Below, one piece after another: positions 1 to 11,253 of a stretch of 64,000 nt of DNA (positions are counted from its first letter, which is position 1; each line of letters opens with the position of its first letter). This DNA is from Pyrinomonadaceae bacterium (GTDB lineage: Bacteria; Acidobacteriota; Blastocatellia; Pyrinomonadales; Pyrinomonadaceae), in assembly GCA_046313635.1 (NCBI GenBank), contig JBKBYA010000006.1:96001-160000 (forward strand), written 5' to 3'. The translations under genes and the position numbers were made by a program. Below the pieces are notes generated by a model. The model was not told the origin of the DNA. It searched no databases and saw only the letters and a program-made list of their open reading frames with translations.

Positions 1-114
1 AAGATCGTCGAGCACGGCGAGACCATCATCATGATGGCCGGCCGCCTCTCAGGCCACGGCCTCTCAAGCTCGGTCGTCGTCTGGACGATCGGGGAAGAGA
101 TCGCAAGCAGGTGA
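1..114 (+). CDS. 3' end of a gene entering the window, probably pyruvate kinase C-terminus (partial)
   Basis: Frame 1 reads KIVEHGETIIMMAGRLSGHGLSSSVVVWTIGEEIASR*, resembling the PK C-terminal 'v..Gd.vv..aG......tn.....' pattern; only 37 aa visible. Confidence 0.55.
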   Translation, partial: KIVEHGETIIMMAGRLSGHGLSSSVVVWTIGEEIASR

Positions 115-118
115 GCGA

Positions 119-147
119 AGGGATGAGGGCGGAGGGATGAGGGATGA
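119..147 (+). repeat. Left arm: GGGATGA-type heptamer tandem array (AGGGATGAGGGCGGAGGGATGAGGGATGA)
   Basis: Perfect 29-bp inverted repeat of 568-596; identical to 43259-43287. Confidence 0.95.
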
Positions 148-160
148 GGGATAGAGGAAT

Positions 161-571
161 TTACCTGTCTCTTGCACGTGTCTTTACCTTGTTTACCATC
201 GAGGTAAAGATCGCGATCAGTTCATCAGTTTCCTTGATCAAGGCATCGAGCCGGCCAGCCGGGACATAGCCGCCGTCGACAAGTAATTCCAACCAGTAAT
301 CGCTCTCGTCCAGCTCCTGGATCGCGCCTTCGATCTTGCTGATGAAGTCAGCGTTGGATTTTGCGCGACATGCTTCGCGATACTGCGCCCCCGGCGACGT
401 CGCGGAACGAGCAAGCTGATGAGCGATGATCTGCACGGCTCCCGATCGCGGCAGCGAATCGTATAGCTTCAAAACTCTCAGCCCGTAATCCTTCAGCCGC
501 TTACGCAACGCGATCTGCTTTTTACTCCGATCATCAAATTGACCACTGTCGTCCGTGACTCTTTCTTTCAT
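161..571 (-). CDS. Four-helix-bundle protein (23S rRNA IVP / TIGR02436-like family)
   Basis: QLARSATSPGAQYREACRAKSNADFISKIEGAIQELDESDYWLELL matches the family pattern QL.Rs.tS.gaNy.Ea.r..S..dF..kl.ia..E..Et.yWL.ll. Confidence 0.9.
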   Translation of the reverse strand: MKERVTDDSGQFDDRSKKQIALRKRLKDYGLRVLKLYDSLPRSGAVQIIAHQLARSATSPGAQYREACRAKSNADFISKIEGAIQELDESDYWLELLVDGGYVPAGRLDALIKETDELIAIFTSMVNKVKTRARDR

Positions 572-596
572 CCCTCATCCCTCCGCCCTCATCCCT
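568..596 (-). repeat. Right arm: TCATCCC heptamer array; contains the ATG and a GGAGG RBS of the four-helix-bundle gene
   Basis: TCATCCCTCATCCCTCCGCCCTCATCCCT is the reverse complement of 119-147; start codon at 569-571 lies in the arm. Confidence 0.95.
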
Positions 597-602
597 CAAC
601 GC

Positions 603-1322
603 TCACCCCACCGCTGTCCCAAACAACTTCCCCACGATCGCGGTCGCGGCCATTGCTACGGCTCCCCAAAAGAGGACCCTGAGGCTTCCCGACCGCATGC
701 TTGCGCCGCCGGCACGCGCGGCGGCCGCGCCGAGCATCGCTAAAAAGGCGAGCGAAGCCGCGGCCAGGACCGGGATCAGCCACGCCCCATGAGCGGCAAA
801 TGCGACGACGAGCGGCAGCGCGGCGCCGCACGCAAAGCTCACCGCAGAGAAGCCCGCCGCCTGCAGCGGTCGTGCGCTGAGGGTCTCGGTGATGCCGAGC
901 TCGTCGCGAGCATGCGCTTCGAGCGCGTCGTGTGCGGTCATCTGCTCGGCGACCTGACGCGCGAGACGCGGTTCGACGCCGCGGCGAACGTAAATTCCGG
1001 CCAGCTCCATCAGCTCGCCTTCGGGATCGACCTCGAGCTCTAACTTTTCGCGGTCGAGATCGGCACGCTCGGTGTCGGCCTGCGAATACACCGAGACATA
1101 CTCGCCGGCCGCCATCGACATCGCTCCCGCGACAAGCCCGGCGAGCCCGGCCAGCAGGATGCTCTCGCGCGTCGCGCCGGCCGCGGCGACGCCGATCAGC
1201 AGGCTCGCGGTCGACACGATGCCGTCATTTGCGCCGAGGACGGCCGCCCGCAGCCATCCGACGTGTCCGATGCGATGCCCTTCCGACTTCTTTTGCTGGT
1301 GAAAGGTTTGGTGTGAGCTCAT
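603..1322 (-). CDS. VIT1/CCC1 family iron/manganese transporter
   Basis: GWLRAAVLGANDGIVS and GAMSMAAGEYVSV motifs; start taken at MSSHQ. Confidence 0.92.
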   Translation of the reverse strand: MSSHQTFHQQKKSEGHRIGHVGWLRAAVLGANDGIVSTASLLIGVAAAGATRESILLAGLAGLVAGAMSMAAGEYVSVYSQADTERADLDREKLELEVDPEGELMELAGIYVRRGVEPRLARQVAEQMTAHDALEAHARDELGITETLSARPLQAAGFSAVSFACGAALPLVVAFAAHGAWLIPVLAAASLAFLAMLGAAAARAGGASMRSGSLRVLFWGAVAMAATAIVGKLFGTAVG

Positions 1323-1374
1323 TGTTAGAAACGGCGTGACTGACCTTTGCTTTCGAGCCCTGATTTTACGCGAG

Positions 1375-1956
1375 TCACTGGTGATATTTTGAAGCGAGGC
1401 TGCGGCGGCCCCAGCGGAGAGCGGTCGCCATCCATACGAGCTCGTCGAGGAAGCCTTGCACCCGCCGCTCGTACGCCTCGTCGAGCAGAGTCCCATGCTC
1501 GTCAAACTTCTTGTGCGCCTGCGGAAAGTTAAGATCGGTGAATGTCACGACGAGTCCCAGCTCACGGACCATCGGAACGCACGCTTCGATCGCACGCGTC
1601 CCGCCCCACGGACCGTTGGTCACGCCGACGAGGGCGACGGCCTTGTGAATGTACTCCTTGAGCAGCAGGTCGAGGACGCTTTTGAGCGTACCCGGATAGC
1701 CGTGGTTGTATTCCGGCAAGACGATCACGAGGCCGTCGGCCTCGACGATGGCGTCCCGCCATTCCGGAAAGAGGTGTGCGATCTCGGTGCCGTAATGATC
1801 TCGAGGCAGGTCAAAGTCGCGCACGTCGAAGAATCGCGATTCGATGTCGTCGCGCTCCTTCATCTTTTTGTGCACCCAGCGGGCCACATTCTCGCTGGCG
1901 CGGCCCTGGCGTGGCGTGCCGAGGATGATCGGGATCTTTAGCGTCTCGTCAGTCAT
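1375..1956 (-). CDS. NADPH-dependent FMN reductase
   Basis: ILGTPRQGR, ADGLVIVLPEYNHGYPGTLK, GPWGGTRA flavodoxin-like motifs. Confidence 0.9.
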   Translation of the reverse strand: MTDETLKIPIILGTPRQGRASENVARWVHKKMKERDDIESRFFDVRDFDLPRDHYGTEIAHLFPEWRDAIVEADGLVIVLPEYNHGYPGTLKSVLDLLLKEYIHKAVALVGVTNGPWGGTRAIEACVPMVRELGLVVTFTDLNFPQAHKKFDEHGTLLDEAYERRVQGFLDELVWMATALRWGRRSLASKYHQ

Positions 1957-1989
1957 CGCGTTTGTATCCAAATGGCGTGCGGTCTTATT

Positions 1990-2892
1990 TCAACGACGCG
2001 ACGGCGGCCGGCCGTTGATCTCGGGGTGAGGGCCCGCGGCAGCGGCCCCAAAGCTCTTTTCGAGACCGCCGGCCGAGATCCATCGGTCGATCATTTCCTG
2101 CGACACGCCCTCGTCGAGCAGGAACGCGCAGAGTTCGTCTCGCTCATACACGCGTATTTCGACCCCGCCGTCCGGCAGGCGTCGGAATTTTGTATTGCCA
2201 AACACGAGATGCGTCCCGTCGACGCCGCCCTTTCTGAAATAGAGCCGCTCGTTGAAAGGGCTCTGCAGCCGCGAAAAGATCTCGTACCGCTCAAAGTAAA
2301 GCTCATCACCCGCCGGGTCGACATCCAGCCGGCACGGCACGTAATCTGCCAGCGGCACAAAGTCGATCCAGACCAGGTGCGTGCCGTCGTCGAGAGGCTC
2401 GACCTCGACACCCATTCTCGCTTCGCTGCCGACATATGGCTCCGACAGGCTCAACGGCAGAGGCGCGTACGAGAGTATCGACGTGTCGACCATCCACTCG
2501 GCGCCGTCGTCGAGCGTGACCTTTACGGTACCGTGATTCACGAGGCCGACGTCGAACATCGAGCCCGCCGACCGCCTCGCCCTGAAGCCGAGCGACACCA
2601 GCAGCGCGTGCAGCGCGCCGCTCGACGGCCAGCACGTCCCGCCGCAGCCGTGCTCGAGCCAGTTCTCAAAGAAATCGCCGGCGTCGAGCCCCGGCATTCG
2701 CCCGCCGTCCGCCAGCGAGATCAGTTTCTGAATGTTGTCGAATGGGACGTTCTCGCACCACGCCGCGTAGACACGCGTCAGCCCCGCGTGATCGAGGCTG
2801 ACCGCCGTCGGCAGCCCGAACCGTTCCATCACGGCGCCAAGCGTCCGCGGATCGAGGACAGAGCCTGCGTGACTCGCGTGAATTTCGTCCAT
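1990..2892 (-). CDS. Arylamine N-acetyltransferase family protein
   Basis: VPFDN, GGTCW (catalytic Cys), NHG, MVD: NAT Cys-His-Asp triad pattern. Confidence 0.8.
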   Translation of the reverse strand: MDEIHASHAGSVLDPRTLGAVMERFGLPTAVSLDHAGLTRVYAAWCENVPFDNIQKLISLADGGRMPGLDAGDFFENWLEHGCGGTCWPSSGALHALLVSLGFRARRSAGSMFDVGLVNHGTVKVTLDDGAEWMVDTSILSYAPLPLSLSEPYVGSEARMGVEVEPLDDGTHLVWIDFVPLADYVPCRLDVDPAGDELYFERYEIFSRLQSPFNERLYFRKGGVDGTHLVFGNTKFRRLPDGGVEIRVYERDELCAFLLDEGVSQEMIDRWISAGGLEKSFGAAAAGPHPEINGRPPSRR

Positions 2893-3002
2893 ACGGATCT
2901 TGCGTAATTCAAGCCCGAGGAGCGGTGGGATCCGAGATCTGGCCTGACCGGGCCGATGCGTCGACGCTTGGATCAGAAACTATAATGTCAGCCCGCGGCA
3001 GA

Positions 3003-4028
3003 TCATTCGGCGCCGAGGACCTGGGCGACCGTTTCCTTTTTTAGTCCCTTGCCCGAACGGTTGTTGTAATCGGAGAGCGAGATCTGCGGGTCGCGCCACG
3101 CGTCGAGATGGCCGACCTGATGCACGCACTGGATGGTGCACGTCGGCGCACACCACTTTTCGGTGATGTACTCGCGCTTCATGTCTTCGAAAGTGTATTC
3201 GAGCAGCGGAATGCCGGGCGTGCCTCGCTGCTGCGAGCACCAGCTCACGATGCCGTCCTCGTCGACGTAGAGATACCGCGCGCCGGCACGGCAGCGCCAC
3301 TCGTATTCTTTGCCTTCGGCGAGATTGTCCTGAAACCAGTTCCAGCGGGCGTACGAGCGGGTGCCGAGCGCCTTGACCTGCTTGTAAACGTCCTTTTCGT
3401 GATCGCTCAGGCCCTTGAGCAGTCCCATCTCGTCGTGCAGCACGCCGACCGTCGACGAAAATCCGAGCTCGACCGCGCGCTTGGCGATGACGAGAGCGTC
3501 GTCCGGATCCTTCACGCCGCTGCCGAGTACCGAATTGATGTTTACCTTGAACTTGGCGTGATCGCGCAGATTCTTGAGCTTGCCGTCAAGGACCTTGAGG
3601 CTCTTTTTCGAGACGTCGTCGGGATTGACGTTGTCGATCGAGATCTGCAGATAATCGAGCCCGGCCTCGTTGAGCTTTTGGATCTTTTCGACCTGAAAGT
3701 AGTAGCCGTTCGAGATCAATCCCGCGATCATCCCGTGATGCCGAATGCGCGCGATGATGTCGTAGATGTCCGGATGCATCATCGGCTCGCCGCCCGAGAT
3801 CGTGACGACCGACGTGCCGAATTCGGCGAGCTTGTCGATGCGCTTGAGCATCGTCTCGATCGGCACCGGGTCTGATGTCTTGTCGTATTCGTTGCAGTAG
3901 GCGCACGAGAGATTGCACCGCCGCATCGGTACGATGTGCACGAGCACCGGATGCCTGGTCGACGCAAAGGCCCGCACCGTGTGACGCACGCCGCGCGTGA
4001 ACCTGCTAAAACTACTCGCTTTGGGCAT
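3003..4028 (-). CDS. Radical SAM protein with C-terminal twitch/SPASM-like cysteines
   Basis: [14 protein letters not shown]-terminal WRCRAG...WCS...WCAPTC...C. Confidence 0.9.
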   Translation of the reverse strand: MPKASSFSRFTRGVRHTVRAFASTRHPVLVHIVPMRRCNLSCAYCNEYDKTSDPVPIETMLKRIDKLAEFGTSVVTISGGEPMMHPDIYDIIARIRHHGMIAGLISNGYYFQVEKIQKLNEAGLDYLQISIDNVNPDDVSKKSLKVLDGKLKNLRDHAKFKVNINSVLGSGVKDPDDALVIAKRAVELGFSSTVGVLHDEMGLLKGLSDHEKDVYKQVKALGTRSYARWNWFQDNLAEGKEYEWRCRAGARYLYVDEDGIVSWCSQQRGTPGIPLLEYTFEDMKREYITEKWCAPTCTIQCVHQVGHLDAWRDPQISLSDYNNRSGKGLKKETVAQVLGAE

Positions 4029-4099
4029 AAGATCGGAATCGTGAGCTCTGACTCAAAGGCGTAATTATAAGTACTGCGCAATGGCTTCGCAAACAAGCG

Positions 4100-4128
4100 A
4101 AAAGGCCCGGCCAGAGCCGACCGGGCCT
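4100..4128 (-). terminator. Intrinsic terminator after LolA-like gene
   Basis: Minus strand AGGCCCGG-loop-CCGGGCCT followed by TTT. Confidence 0.6.
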
Positions 4129-4151
4129 CGAAAGTCCTTTGATCGACCGGA

Positions 4152-4850
4152 TCAGCCCTCGATCTTTTTGACGTTCTTGGGCAGCTGGAGATCGAAGATC
4201 TGGGCGTTGATCTTGACGTTCTTTTCGATCTTGCTCAGCAGCACCGTCGTCGTATCGTTATTCTGCTCGATGACCTTGGCCTGGACCGGCATCCCGTTGG
4301 CGTCGACCCACAGCTCGGCCGATCTGTAGCTTGTCTTTGAGTTCGGGATAAGCTCGAGGTGCCAAGCCTTGACGCCGCCGCTGACGGTCTCTTCGCCGAG
4401 GTAGTTGACCTTGTAATTCGCCTGAAGCTGGGCCTTGGACATACCCATAAAGGCGAGTGCTCCGCCGGCGGCACCTTTATTCTTGGCCTTGTCGACCTTG
4501 CCCTCGATCACCGTATTGAGCCGCGGGCGAAAGAGCTGATAGCGATCGCCGATCACGACCATCCGCTCCTCGGCCGGCTTGGTCCAGTCGAGTCTGACGT
4601 ACATTCCGCGCTTGCCGGTCTTTGGCAGGTAATTGGTCACGCCCACCGATGTATCGCTCTCTCCCAAGACCGCGTCGGTCTTGACCATCGTCACGTCGGC
4701 CTTGAGCGAAGTGAGCGCCTTGTTGTGCGCATCCATCCGGTTAAGGATCTCGCGAAGGACGCCCTGCGCCCGCGCCTCCCCACCGCCGAAGGCGGCGAAT
4801 GCGGTCACCACGACCGCCGTCACAAAAGCAGATCTTATGATTCCTTTCAT
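4152..4850 (-). CDS. LolA-like outer-membrane lipoprotein carrier family protein
   Basis: Signal peptide (…GEARAQ); 'LTSLKADV', 'RLDWTKP.EE.MVVIGD', C-terminal 'N.KI..QIF.LQLPKNVK.I' typical of the LolA fold. Confidence 0.75.
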   Translation of the reverse strand: MKGIIRSAFVTAVVVTAFAAFGGGEARAQGVLREILNRMDAHNKALTSLKADVTMVKTDAVLGESDTSVGVTNYLPKTGKRGMYVRLDWTKPAEERMVVIGDRYQLFRPRLNTVIEGKVDKAKNKGAAGGALAFMGMSKAQLQANYKVNYLGEETVSGGVKAWHLELIPNSKTSYRSAELWVDANGMPVQAKVIEQNNDTTTVLLSKIEKNVKINAQIFDLQLPKNVKKIEG

Positions 4851-4881
4851 ACAAATTCTCCGAGAGTTCTGACGCCGAATA

Positions 4882-5094
4882 TTACTTATCGTGAGTATTA
4901 ATTTCAGCCTGTCGAAGCTGCAGGCGTGTCGGCTGTTCGGTTTTGACGGCCGCCGTCTGCGGACGGGTTGCAAGCTTTTCCCGGCCGTCGAACCACTCTT
5001 TCGGCGTCAAAAAGATGAACGCGATTATCATCAGGCAGAATATGTCGTACTGCCAGGTTCCCCGCTCGTAGTCCCATAGGATCCAACGCTTCAT
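4882..5094 (-). CDS. Small hypothetical membrane protein
   Basis: 70 aa, WILWDYERGTWQYDIFCLMIIAFIFLTPKEWF single TM segment; RBS upstream (GAGG). Confidence 0.7.
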   Translation of the reverse strand: MKRWILWDYERGTWQYDIFCLMIIAFIFLTPKEWFDGREKLATRPQTAAVKTEQPTRLQLRQAEINTHDK

Positions 5095-5107
5095 CGCCTA
5101 TGCCTCC

Positions 5108-5779
5108 TCATTCGACGACGCGGCCGTCGCGCATCTGGATCGTCCGCGAGCACGCCGCGGCGGCCTCGGGATTGTGCGTGATCATTACGATCGTCTGGTT
5201 AAACTTTGCGTTGAGCTCGCGAAACATCTCGAGCACGATCTCGGAATTTTCCGTATCGAGATTCCCTGTCGGCTCGTCGGCGAGGATGATCGCCGGATTG
5301 TTGATCACCGCGCGTGCGAGCGCGACGCGCTGCTGCTCGCCGCCCGAGAGCTCAAGCGGCTTGTGATGCATCTTGTCCTCGAGCTTGAGCAGACGCAGCG
5401 TCTCGCGGCGCTTTTCGGGATCGGTGTGATTCCCGGTATGGATCTTTTCGGCAAGCTTGAGATTGCCGTCGGCCGTCAGGGTCGGAAACAGATTGAAACG
5501 CTGAAAGACAAATCCGATCTTTCGCCGCCGAATGTCGGTCCTCTCGGCGTCGGTCACCGTCGAGAGGTCCTCGCCGTCGATGATGATCCTGCCGCTCGTC
5601 GGGCTCAGCAGGCCGCCGAGCAGATGCAGGAGCGTCGACTTGCCGCAGCCCGACGGGCCCATTATCGCGACAAACTCGCCGCGGGCGATCTCGAGCGAGA
5701 CGCCCTTGAGCGCCGGCACGTCGATCTTGCCGACACGGTAAGATTTGGTCAGGTCTTGCGTCCTTACGATCGGGTCCAT
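5108..5779 (-). CDS. ABC transporter ATP-binding protein (LolD/MacB-type)
   Basis: [44 protein letters not shown]. Confidence 0.93.
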   Translation of the reverse strand: MDPIVRTQDLTKSYRVGKIDVPALKGVSLEIARGEFVAIMGPSGCGKSTLLHLLGGLLSPTSGRIIIDGEDLSTVTDAERTDIRRRKIGFVFQRFNLFPTLTADGNLKLAEKIHTGNHTDPEKRRETLRLLKLEDKMHHKPLELSGGEQQRVALARAVINNPAIILADEPTGNLDTENSEIVLEMFRELNAKFNQTIVMITHNPEAAAACSRTIQMRDGRVVE

Positions 5780-5795
5780 AAATTCGGCTGCGACG

Positions 5796-6917
5796 TTATT
5801 GCGGCTGGCGCTGCAGCGCCTTGTTCGTCTCGTCTCGAGCGGCGTCGGCCGCCGCAACCGCGTCCTTCAACTTCTTGTCGAGATCGATCTCCTCGAGCTG
5901 CCAGGTATTCTGCAGGACGAAGGCGGCGTCGGGATATGTCTTGCCGATCGACACGGCGTCAGGCGTCTGGTACGTCAGGCTCATCGTGTACCGCTCGCGC
6001 GGCCGCGTGACGCGGATCATCAGCGGCAGATTGGTATATTCCGAGGTCGACGTGAGCGTGCCCTCGCGGCCGTAAGTGATGTCCGACTCGATCTCGCCGG
6101 CCTGATCAAAGATCTGCTGCCGGGCAAGCCTGATCCCGCCCACGCGATCGAACCAGAACCGCCGCTCGACGTGCAGCGAGCCGTCGTCTCGACGCGTGAT
6201 CTCGTCGAGCAGGTAGTAGCCGCGCATGACCTTTCGCAGCGGCGATTTGGTCTTTTGCGTCTCGTCCTCTTCGACCTGAAAGACGGTGCTCTGCAGGTAC
6301 ATCTTTCCGGCGTCGGTCGGCCGCACGAGCAGCGCGTCGGTGAAGTGCTGCGGGCGCAGATTGGCAAACGAATTGACGCTCGCCCGCGTCATCTTGTTCG
6401 AGTCGAGATCTGAGACGCCGAGATCCTTCTGAAGCCGAGAATAATCGGCCTTGTTGGTGCCCTTAACAAACTTTTTGTATTTGCCGCTGCCGCCGTCGTT
6501 AAGTATCGCGACCCTGAAGGTCTCGCCGTCGCTCGTCATCTGTGCGATGTCGGTCTTGATGATCGGCGCCTGCACCTTGAGCAAGATCTTGCCCGGCCTC
6601 TGCACGACGACCTCGCCGTCGGCCGAGCGATAGACCTCTTTGCTGCCGAACTGCGCGAACGAGTCGTCCTCGAATTTGAGGTCCATCTTTGCCCGCATCG
6701 AGTTGACGCGCGCAAAGCGGTTGACCTCGCCGACCAGCTGGTCCATCGAGGCGTTCTCGGTCTTGAGCAGAGTAGGGGTCTTGCTCTCCTTTTTGACGAT
6801 GTTGCACCCGGCACCTGCGCTCGCCAGCGCAAGGGCGAGGATCGTCAGCCTGGCAAAGTTGTTGTATCGGGCAAACAGCACTAGCTTGTGATGACTCTTT
6901 GGTCCGCGTTGTTGCAT
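5796..6917 (-). CDS. Hypothetical lipoprotein (possible LolA/LolB-like beta fold)
   Basis: Hydrophobic stretch plus lipobox-like AGAGC; beta-rich mature part; start uncertain. Confidence 0.65.
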   Translation of the reverse strand: MQQRGPKSHHKLVLFARYNNFARLTILALALASAGAGCNIVKKESKTPTLLKTENASMDQLVGEVNRFARVNSMRAKMDLKFEDDSFAQFGSKEVYRSADGEVVVQRPGKILLKVQAPIIKTDIAQMTSDGETFRVAILNDGGSGKYKKFVKGTNKADYSRLQKDLGVSDLDSNKMTRASVNSFANLRPQHFTDALLVRPTDAGKMYLQSTVFQVEEDETQKTKSPLRKVMRGYYLLDEITRRDDGSLHVERRFWFDRVGGIRLARQQIFDQAGEIESDITYGREGTLTSTSEYTNLPLMIRVTRPRERYTMSLTYQTPDAVSIGKTYPDAAFVLQNTWQLEEIDLDKKLKDAVAAADAARDETNKALQRQPQ

Positions 6918-7062
6918 TATCGAATCTCGCGAATAAAACGGCACCAAAGTATCAAATCCGAGATGTTAACACGGCGTAATTTCGCCGCCTAATCAATGAA
7001 ATACGCGGACCGCAGGCTCGTGAGAGGCCGTGCTGGTCCGCGCCGGAAATGATCCGATCTGT

Positions 7063-7401
7063 CTACGAACTGAAGACGCCTAGTCCCCGCGTCATGTAAT
7101 CCTGCATCGTGTATGCAAACATTATCGCCAGCCAGAAAAAGCTCGCGACGGCCGCCAGCCAGATCAGCTTCGGGCTCCAGCGGACGTGCATGAAGAACAG
7201 CATGACGAAGGTCATCTTTGTGAACGCGATCGCGAGTGCGACGAGCGTGTTCGCGCCCGGAAAGATAAAGTCCAGATCGACGAGCGCGACGTAATAGGTC
7301 AGGATCGTCCCGACGACAAGTATCGCAAAGACGCCGAGATATCCCGGAATGCCGATGTGCGCCTCTTCGGCGTGATGGTCGTTCGAGTGATGTTCAGCCA
7401 T
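7063..7401 (-). CDS. Cytochrome c oxidase subunit IV family
   Basis: Three TM helices, 'IAFTKMTFVMLFFMHVRWS'; last gene of the cox cluster. Confidence 0.88.
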   Translation of the reverse strand: MAEHHSNDHHAEEAHIGIPGYLGVFAILVVGTILTYYVALVDLDFIFPGANTLVALAIAFTKMTFVMLFFMHVRWSPKLIWLAAVASFFWLAIMFAYTMQDYMTRGLGVFSS

Positions 7402-7410
7402 TTTCGATTC

Positions 7411-8325
7411 CTAATGCATGAAGTGCCTTCCCAGCAGATAGAGCAGCGGGAAAAGAAAGATCCAGACGATATCGACAAAGTGCCAGTACAGGCCAGAGAT
7501 CTCGACCGGATTGTAGTACTCCGGGCCGTACGTCCCGAGCCAGGCCTTCCACAGCAGCCACGCCATGATGCCGAGACCGACGATCATGTGCAGGGCGTGC
7601 AGGCCGGTCATGACGAAATAGATCCAGTAGAAAGATCGGACGTGGCTCGCGAACTTCGCGATGTCGATCTGGCCGTTCGAGTAATAGCCTGCACGCTCGA
7701 ATTTGGTCAGATAACCGCCCTCTTCGGCCTGTTTGACGAGCGAGCAGTCCTTCCATACAAAGTCGCCGCGCGGGTTTACGTACTCCGACTCGTGACCTTC
7801 GCCGTGGCCGACCTCCCAGCACGGCGCAGCGGCATGGCTGCCGCCCGCACTCGATGCCGAATGCCCCGATTCAGCGGCCGCGGGACGGGCCGCGCGGTTC
7901 CAACCGGCGACCGGGATCAGGCCGTCGTTGTATTTCTTGGTGTACTCGATCGCCTTGACGCCGAGGAACGTCGCGCCAAAGATCATCGTCAGCACGATCA
8001 TGATGACCTGCATGTTCCGATTGCCCTTCTGCGCGAAGTAGACCGTCAGCGCCATCGTTAAGCTGCTGACGATCAGGACGAGCGTGTTCAGGCCGCCCCA
8101 AAAGGCATCGAGGTGATTACTGCCCGCCGCGAATGCCATCGGGAACCGGTAGCGGAACACCAGATACGCCGTGAAGAGACCGCCGAAGAACATGATCTCC
8201 TGGACGAGGAACATCCACATCGCGATCGAAACCGATTCCGATTGCTGCTTCATGTCTTCGAACTGATGTTGAAGACCGGGCGGATGGTAGTGATGATCGT
8301 CTAAGACTTCTGCGTTTGTCGCCAT
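7411..8325 (-). CDS. coxC: Cytochrome c oxidase subunit III
   Basis: [46 protein letters not shown]. Confidence 0.95.
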   Translation of the reverse strand: MATNAEVLDDHHYHPPGLQHQFEDMKQQSESVSIAMWMFLVQEIMFFGGLFTAYLVFRYRFPMAFAAGSNHLDAFWGGLNTLVLIVSSLTMALTVYFAQKGNRNMQVIMIVLTMIFGATFLGVKAIEYTKKYNDGLIPVAGWNRAARPAAAESGHSASSAGGSHAAAPCWEVGHGEGHESEYVNPRGDFVWKDCSLVKQAEEGGYLTKFERAGYYSNGQIDIAKFASHVRSFYWIYFVMTGLHALHMIVGLGIMAWLLWKAWLGTYGPEYYNPVEISGLYWHFVDIVWIFLFPLLYLLGRHFMH

Positions 8326-8401
8326 GTTTGTTATCGAGTCGTATCGTCGGCCTAGGTCGGCCGCCGGCCGATTGGTTCGTACGTCCTGCCGTGCGCAGAA
8401 A

Positions 8402-10087
<1,686 letters not shown>

Positions 10088-10101
10088 AATTCGATATTAC
10101 C

Positions 10102-11202
10102 TTACCTGTTGCCGTTGTGATTTCCGCCGGCGGTCGGTGAATTAGGGTTGCTTCCCTGCGATGAGTTGCTGCCGCGGTCGGCCTTTGCCGGTGCCGCCGT
10201 CGAGTTCGCAGTTGATGAACCGCCGCTCGAGTTGGCGGCCGCGGGCGTCGTCGTTCCGCTCGTCACGCCGCTGAGCGATTTGATGTAGGCGACGAGGGCG
10301 TTCAGCTGCTCCTCTGTGACCTGGCCCTTAAAGGTCGGCATGATCGGCTGGTAGCCCTCGACGACCTGCGCGCTCGGATTTAAGATCGAGTTGCGGATAT
10401 AGTCGTCGTCCGCCGTGACCTCTTGCCCGCCGACGAGCTTGACCGTATGACCGTAGATCCCCTCGAGCTTGGCTCCGCGCTGCTGCGGGCCGCCGGAGTG
10501 GCATGAGGCACAGCCGAGCTTATTCTCAAACAGGTCCTTGCCGATCTCGACGGGCGTGCCCGCCGAGGCGTTGCCGCTCAGCCAGTTGTCAAAGTCGCGC
10601 TGCTCCATCACATAGACCCAGCCGCCCATTCCGGAGTGATTGAGACCGCAGTACTCGGCGCAGAAGAGGTGATACTTGCCGGGCTGCGTCGGCTGAAACC
10701 ACATATACGTGTAGCGGCCCGGCACCGCGTCGACCTTGGTGCGAAATGCGGGCACGTAAAAGTCGTGGAGCACGTCCTCGGTCGTTATCGTCAGCTTGAT
10801 CTTGCGGCCGACCGGCACGTGGAGCTCGTTGATCTCGCGCTGTCCGGTGCCGTGCTGCACCTTCCACATCCACTGCTTGCCGACGACGTAGATCTCCATC
10901 GCGTCCTCGGGCGCGGTGTACTGGTTAAAGTAAACGATCGCTCCGCCGAGAAAGATGGTCATCGAGACGATGAACGGGATGATCGACCACGTCGTCTCAA
11001 GCGCGATCGAACCGTGGATCTCCGCCCCGGAGACAAACTTGTCGCGTTCGCGATACTTCAGAGCAAAAAAGAGGATCGCGACGACGATCGGGATCGAGAA
11101 TGCGACGCTGATCGCGATCAGATAGTAGTAAAGAGCGTCGACCTGCCAGGCGAATGTCGAGGCCTGCTCCGGAATGATTGGAATCCACGATTGTGTCTGC
11201 AT
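10102..11202 (-). CDS. coxB: Cytochrome c oxidase subunit II with fused cytochrome c (caa3-type)
   Basis: DVLH, CAEYCGLNHSGM CuA motif, C-terminal CASCH and MP heme ligand. Confidence 0.96.
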   Translation of the reverse strand: MQTQSWIPIIPEQASTFAWQVDALYYYLIAISVAFSIPIVVAILFFALKYRERDKFVSGAEIHGSIALETTWSIIPFIVSMTIFLGGAIVYFNQYTAPEDAMEIYVVGKQWMWKVQHGTGQREINELHVPVGRKIKLTITTEDVLHDFYVPAFRTKVDAVPGRYTYMWFQPTQPGKYHLFCAEYCGLNHSGMGGWVYVMEQRDFDNWLSGNASAGTPVEIGKDLFENKLGCASCHSGGPQQRGAKLEGIYGHTVKLVGGQEVTADDDYIRNSILNPSAQVVEGYQPIMPTFKGQVTEEQLNALVAYIKSLSGVTSGTTTPAAANSSGGSSTANSTAAPAKADRGSNSSQGSNPNSPTAGGNHNGNR

Positions 11203-11253
11203 ATTGAAATCAATCTGACGTCCCTCGGGCCGCCCGCCGGCGAGGGCCCGCGT

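Noticed and set aside
161..571. Diversity-generating retroelement (Avd-like protein)
   Set aside because: No reverse transcriptase and no template/variable repeat pair with adenine-specific mismatches is visible in this window.
3003..4028. Assigning the radical SAM gene as hpnH or a RiPP maturase
   Set aside because: Only generic motifs; no hopanoid genes or precursor peptide identifiable nearby.
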